Part shown: in pieces, positions 58,225 to 64,000 of the stretch
Layout: each line of letters opens with the position of its first letter
Position numbering within the stretch: the stretch's first letter is position 1
DNA from: Octopus vulgaris
Taxonomy: Eukaryota
DNA: 64,000 bases
Direction: 5' to 3'
Assembly (NCBI GenBank): GCA_951406725.2
Contig: OX597826.1
Coordinates: 30,318,001 to 30,382,000, forward strand
Translations under genes and position numbers: made by a program
Notes under the pieces: generated by a model
Seen by the model: only the letters and a program-made list of their open reading frames with translations
Told to the model about the DNA's origin: nothing
The model's database searches: none

Positions 58225-58493
58225 TTCATTCTTTTATCTGTCTCCGTCATTTGACTGTGGCCATGCTGGAGCACCGCCTTTAGTCGAACAACTCGACTCC
58301 AGAACTTATTCTTTGTAACCCTAGTACATACGACGAGCTTCTTTTAATTTCTGCCTGCTAAATCCACTCACAAAGATTTGGGTCGGCCCGAGGCTATAGT
58401 AGAAGACACTTGCTCAAGGTGCCAATTGGTGGGGCTGAACCGGAGCCATGCAGTTGGTAACCAAGCTACTTACCACACAGCTACTCCTGCGCC
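58225..58493 (-). mobile_element. SINE family A, internally deleted
   Basis: ggccatgctggagcaccgcctttagtcga...ctacttaccacacagctactcctgcgcc. Confidence 0.9.
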
Positions 58494-58582
58494 TATATAT
58501 ATTTGCATATATCTATTTATAGATAGATCGATAGACACTATACCATTTTCTCTTTTTTCTCTCCCTGTTTCTTTCTGTGTTC

Positions 58583-58618
58583 CTTTCTGTCGAAGAGCGT
58601 AGGCTCGAAACGTGAAAG
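58583..58618 (+). ncRNA. Ultra-minimal hammerhead-like motif, variant core
   Basis: cttt CTGTCGA a gagc gtag gctc GAAA c GTG aaag. Stems I and II perfect; A6>U and G at position 17. The downstream cttcccgag.gt.aaactaata is shared with 21219 and 21741. Confidence 0.5.
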
Positions 58619-58737
58619 AGATTCTCACTTCCCGAGTGTTAAACTAATACATCTGTTTGTTGTTTACACACCCGTCTTCATCTTTTGCTTTTTTCTTTTG
58701 TAAATTCTCACATTATACATACATACATGCATACACT

Positions 58738-58798
<61 letters not shown>

Positions 58799-59407
58799 GT
58801 ATGCATGTGTGCATCAACCTGCATGTGTATATATGCATTTATATATCTATAAACATAACATAAACTAAGTTTGTTCTTTTTATCGTATCAACCACTTTCA
58901 CGTATCCACTTCTCTCACAATGATATGTTTTCCCAATAAATAACTGCATATGATATTTTAGTAGATGCATAATGTAGATTTTCAGAACAAATTTGATTGG
59001 ATGGCAGAGAAAAATGTTAAATTGAATGTAAGATCTAATTGATTGCTGTACCGTAAAAAGCGTTGCTTCGGATTATATATGAAAATATTCAAGAAAGCGC
59101 CATAGTGTTGCAATAGGTTAGTCCAGTTTGCTTTGGGGGTTAAATTGAACTGTCAGTTTGTATCCGTGTGCGTTTTTGTAAATAAACCTAACAACAAATG
59201 TTGATACGTTCATATGAACGCATTTGTGCAAGTATAGAGAAATGAGGTTAGAATAGGAGAGTTTCAAAGAGCGACGTTGCATTTCGTATTTTTGTTTTCG
59301 GGGTCGATAAAATAAGTACCAGTTTATCACCAGGATCGACGTAATTGGATTATCCTCTTCCTGGAAATTGCTGGCCTTGTGCCGAAATTATTATTATTAT
59401 TATTATT

Positions 59408-59690
59408 GAGTGAAAGAGCAGGGTATGCCATCAAAGTGACACTGCGTTAAAATACACAAAACCCAGTATGCCTATCATGACTACCCGTCTGATAAGGGTA
59501 CACTAGGCACATGCATCACAGCTATATGTGTGCGATATGGTGATCTCATATCAAGAGAAACACCGCATGACCTTGCAGATGGCGCCCAATTACAATTTTC
59601 TTCAAGTTGATTAGCCCATCCCGCTCAAAAGGTCCTTGAATAAGGGTTGTTTAGAGATGTTGAATGAATCACCCATGTTTCCAGAGGTGT
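59408..59690 (-). mobile_element. Family E retroposon between (ATT)n tracts
   Basis: Matches 39950-40140 and 55981-56125. Confidence 0.8.
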
Positions 59691-59694
59691 ATTA

Positions 59695-59755
<61 letters not shown>

Positions 59756-59758
59756 GAA

Positions 59759-59935
59759 GGCAGCAAGCTGGCAGAATCGTTAGCACACCGGGCATTTTGT
59801 CCATCTTTATGTTCTTAGTTCAAATTCCGCCGAGGTCGACTTTGCCTTTTATCCTTTCGAAGTCGATAAATTGAGTACCGGTCGAGCACTGACATCAATG
59901 TAATCAACTTTTAGGCCTTTTACCTTTAGTAGAAT
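59759..59935 (+). mobile_element. SINE family B
   Basis: ggcagcaagctggcagaatcgttagcac...ccgccgaggtcgactttgcc; (ATT)n on both sides. Confidence 0.9.
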
Positions 59936-59953
59936 GGAGTAATATTATTATTA

Positions 59954-60003
<50 letters not shown>

Positions 60004-60743
60004 GGTGAGCATGTGTTTGATCGTGATGTTTGGTAAAAAGTTTCATGTACAGAAAGCGAGCGGATCAAAAACATGAAATGTCAGCTCTTCTGATACACAA
60101 AACAGGAATATATGAAGTTCGTTATTACATGGTTTAACTTTTTCGTCGTTTTATCAACTGAATTTGAATTGTTTCCATATCTACCCTTTTGACCAGATAA
60201 ATATACAAACAGAGAATTTATATTGCGTTTGTATGTCTGAAAAATATATAATTTCCTGAAATTGAAAGAGAGATATGCATGCAATTTCAGGATTAGCGAA
60301 TTCTCGAATCTCATTCAGTAGACATGGATGCACTCAAAGATGTATACTATGTTTATCAGAAAAGTTTTAAATATATTTTCTTTGGGATAAAATACACAGG
60401 AGGTTTGATCTCATCTGAAATTGCTTCCATCAAATATCTACATATTAAAGAGGTTTAAACTATATAAAGATACAGCCTCATTTGTTTTCTTGTTCTATTT
60501 ACTTTAAATGTGTTTTACATTTGCATTCATATGTTTTTCTTTATTTTTTTGTGTCCTTATATACGCATCATAGATACAAGATGACATGCTTGCTATAGAT
60601 ATGGTCAATAATTTCTTCATCAATAAGTTTCCCGGTTATGTTATTTTAGCAGTTGGCGTAAATGAAAGACGAAGATAGTTTCGCGGAGTGTAGTGCAAAA
60701 TTATTCGCGACAGCTACAGCCATCGAGCACAGTTAAACATATT

Positions 60744-60800
<57 letters not shown>

Positions 60801-61317
60801 AACGAAACCAACCTTTTATATTCACGTTAAGTGTGGTAACCGAGTACATGTGTGCTAACACCCACTTTTTCCGCCTAGGGCTTATATGCCCTGATGCTAG
60901 AATATTTACTTTAGCCGTTACACGATGATCGCTTATAAGCTTTAAGATTTGTTGTGGAAGGATCCTGACCACCACCACGTGACCGAAAGTGGACTGACGC
61001 ATTTCAATAGAATAAAGAAACTGTGTGAGCTGTCAGTAGTTAACAGCAGTACAGTTGACAGCGTTGACGGTCCGTATTGGTTACAGTTTTTAGATTAATA
61101 TCGTAGCAACTTTTGGCGTAGTACGGTACACGTTCTGTGAGAGCATATTAATTCTGCGAAAGCTTATTCTAGATAACCATATGCAAATATTCATTTGGGT
61201 AATATTATTCTTACACCCAATCTGCACAACTCACGACATAACAAGCTTCTGATTATTATTATTATTTACTAAATTGTCACTCGCCACCTCGTTACCATTT
61301 AACGCAGAAGCATTATA

Positions 61318-61353
<36 letters not shown>

Positions 61354-61525
61354 TGTTTGTATGTATGTATGTATGTATGTTTGTATGTATGTATCTATGT
61401 ATTTATGTATGTATATGTATGTATATATATATATATATGTGTATATATGTATGTATATATTTATGTATATATATGTATATATATATGTGTGTGTGTATAT
61501 ATATATATATATATGTATATGTATA

Positions 61526-61573
<48 letters not shown>

Positions 61574-61995
61574 TATCTATAATAAATTAAATCAAATTGA
61601 ATTATTACAAAAAAAGAAGAAATGAGAAAGTAGGTAGATACAAACAAATTAAGTAAAATAAATTAAATTAAATGAACGTGAATAAGCAGAGGATACTGAT
61701 AATGCAGGTACTATATACATTCCGACACGCACACTTACTAAACATAGACACGCACAGGGATATACGCATGCGCAAATAAAGACACATACAACAGCAATAC
61801 AAAATGGTAGATCGTTAGGACACAAAAAGAAAGGAGAAAGCAAAGTACCATTGATGAGGTCACAGAAGTGTGACGAAAGAACCCTGGCCGAAATACAATT
61901 AATATGAAATAAAGCTGAAGCAAGTGAACACCGAATACATTGTACATGTGTTTTCATTGACCAACTCTGCAAAATGACCATCCCCAAATACACCA

Positions 61996-62028
<33 letters not shown>

Positions 62029-62885
62029 CAGGGCGCAATGAATAAACTGTTGTTTGAATTACAGTGACATCTCATTTTAACATCTAAATTTACCGAAATT
62101 AAAGATCACTTGAAATACTAAGGAGTAAATTTATTCACTAAAATCACCTTCGGCTTCAACCACAGCCTCTAGACGACTTCGGAATCTCCTGCAACTCGTC
62201 CTTGTTTAAGTTATTGAATACTGCCATAATCCTTGCCTTCAGGTCTTCTTTGGTGTTGCAAGGATTTTTGTTCTTCTCTCGCTCAACTGCGTCCCACACA
62301 TAATAATCAATGGGATTGCAATCTGGTGTGTTAGGTAGTCAGATGTTAGGGGTGGTGTGGTCACAGAAATTGTCTGACAGCCATGACTGGATTATCCTGC
62401 TTGTGTGGCATGGTGCAGAGTCCTATTGCCTGACATAGAGTCTTCCAGCAGCCACTCTCTTGAGCCAGGGTAGCACTACCTCCTTCAGGCACTTGATGTA
62501 GGCCTCTGTGTTGAGCCTGAGGCCGTGCGGGAAGATGAATTGAAGTATAACATCGCCATCACTAGTGATCACTCCAAGCACCATGATGTTTACTGGATGT
62601 TTGATTTTTATCACTCTGAGTACATGTCCTCGAATTGCACCGTCCTCAGATTGACACTCAAACGATCTGAAATGTTCATATTGGAGCTTCCAGCGTGAAT
62701 GCCAAGCAGTGTAGCATATCGTTCCCAAATTTCTGACAGACTGAATTGCGTCATGGTGCTGTTTTTCTCACAGATGGTGCCGAAATAGCCCATCTATACT
62801 TCGTAATCGATACAATCAAAAACAAACAATGCGCATGAGTGAAATTAAAAATATAAAATGGCGACAATTAAATCATCGCACCCAA
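62029..62885 (-). mobile_element. maT (DD37D) element, internally deleted
   Basis: Minus translation IMVLGVITSDG...Q*DSAPCH...PNTPDCNPIDYYVW has 37 residues between the 2nd and 3rd catalytic D (counted by hand). Imperfect TIRs; TA flanks. Confidence 0.9.
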
Positions 62886-62886
62886 T

Positions 62887-62932
<46 letters not shown>

Positions 62933-62944
62933 TATCTTTTATCT

Positions 62945-63680
<736 letters not shown>

Positions 63681-63732
63681 ATATATATATATATACACAC
63701 ACACACATATATATATATATAGAGAGAGAGAG

Positions 63733-63781
<49 letters not shown>

Positions 63782-64000
63782 AATATATATATATATCCAT
63801 TCATACCTTCATACATGCATACAAACCCACGCACAAACACGATCACCCACACTCTCTCTCTCTCACACACACACATATATATATACAGCCTGACGTCCAT
63901 AATGTTCTCAGCTTTATGCTAGTTTTACTGATTTATGCTATTACAGCTAATGTTGTGTTCACCGTAAAGGTCTCTCTCTCTTATTTCTTTCTTTTTAAAA

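Noticed and set aside
60795-61215. Possible solo LTR (also ~8020-8430)
   Set aside because: aataaa is present, but there are no clear TG...CA ends, TSD, PBS/PPT or second copy.

Overview
AT-rich, microsatellite-saturated eukaryotic DNA, non-coding (intergenic or intronic). The SINE families and the repeat landscape resemble an octopus/coleoid cephalopod genome; this is recognition, not a database result. No host gene can be supported. Almost all ORF-track entries are translations of (TA)n, (CA)n, (AAT)n or (GATA)n tracts. Real coding signal is limited to transposon remnants: four R4/Dong-like RLE LINE 3' ends next to (AAT)n, two Tx1/L1-like LINE 3' ends ending at CATC-type repeats, RTE fragments, two maT-like (DD37D) mariner-superfamily elements and one mariner derivative. 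There are also dozens of tRNA-headed SINEs from at least 3 families, two MITEs and a non-autonomous Helitron. The most notable observations are: (1) at least five unrelated short elements, mostly bounded by (TA)n, carry minimal type I hammerhead ribozyme motifs of the Penelope/retrozyme kind, one essentially intact at 41850-41909; (2) a dimeric SINE has an internal junction matching the last 40 nt of the Tx1-like LINE in this window at 31/40; (3) several long direct duplications and a foldback palindrome sit at microsatellite insertion sites. Element boundaries were read by eye and are approximate unless a TSD or TIR is quoted.
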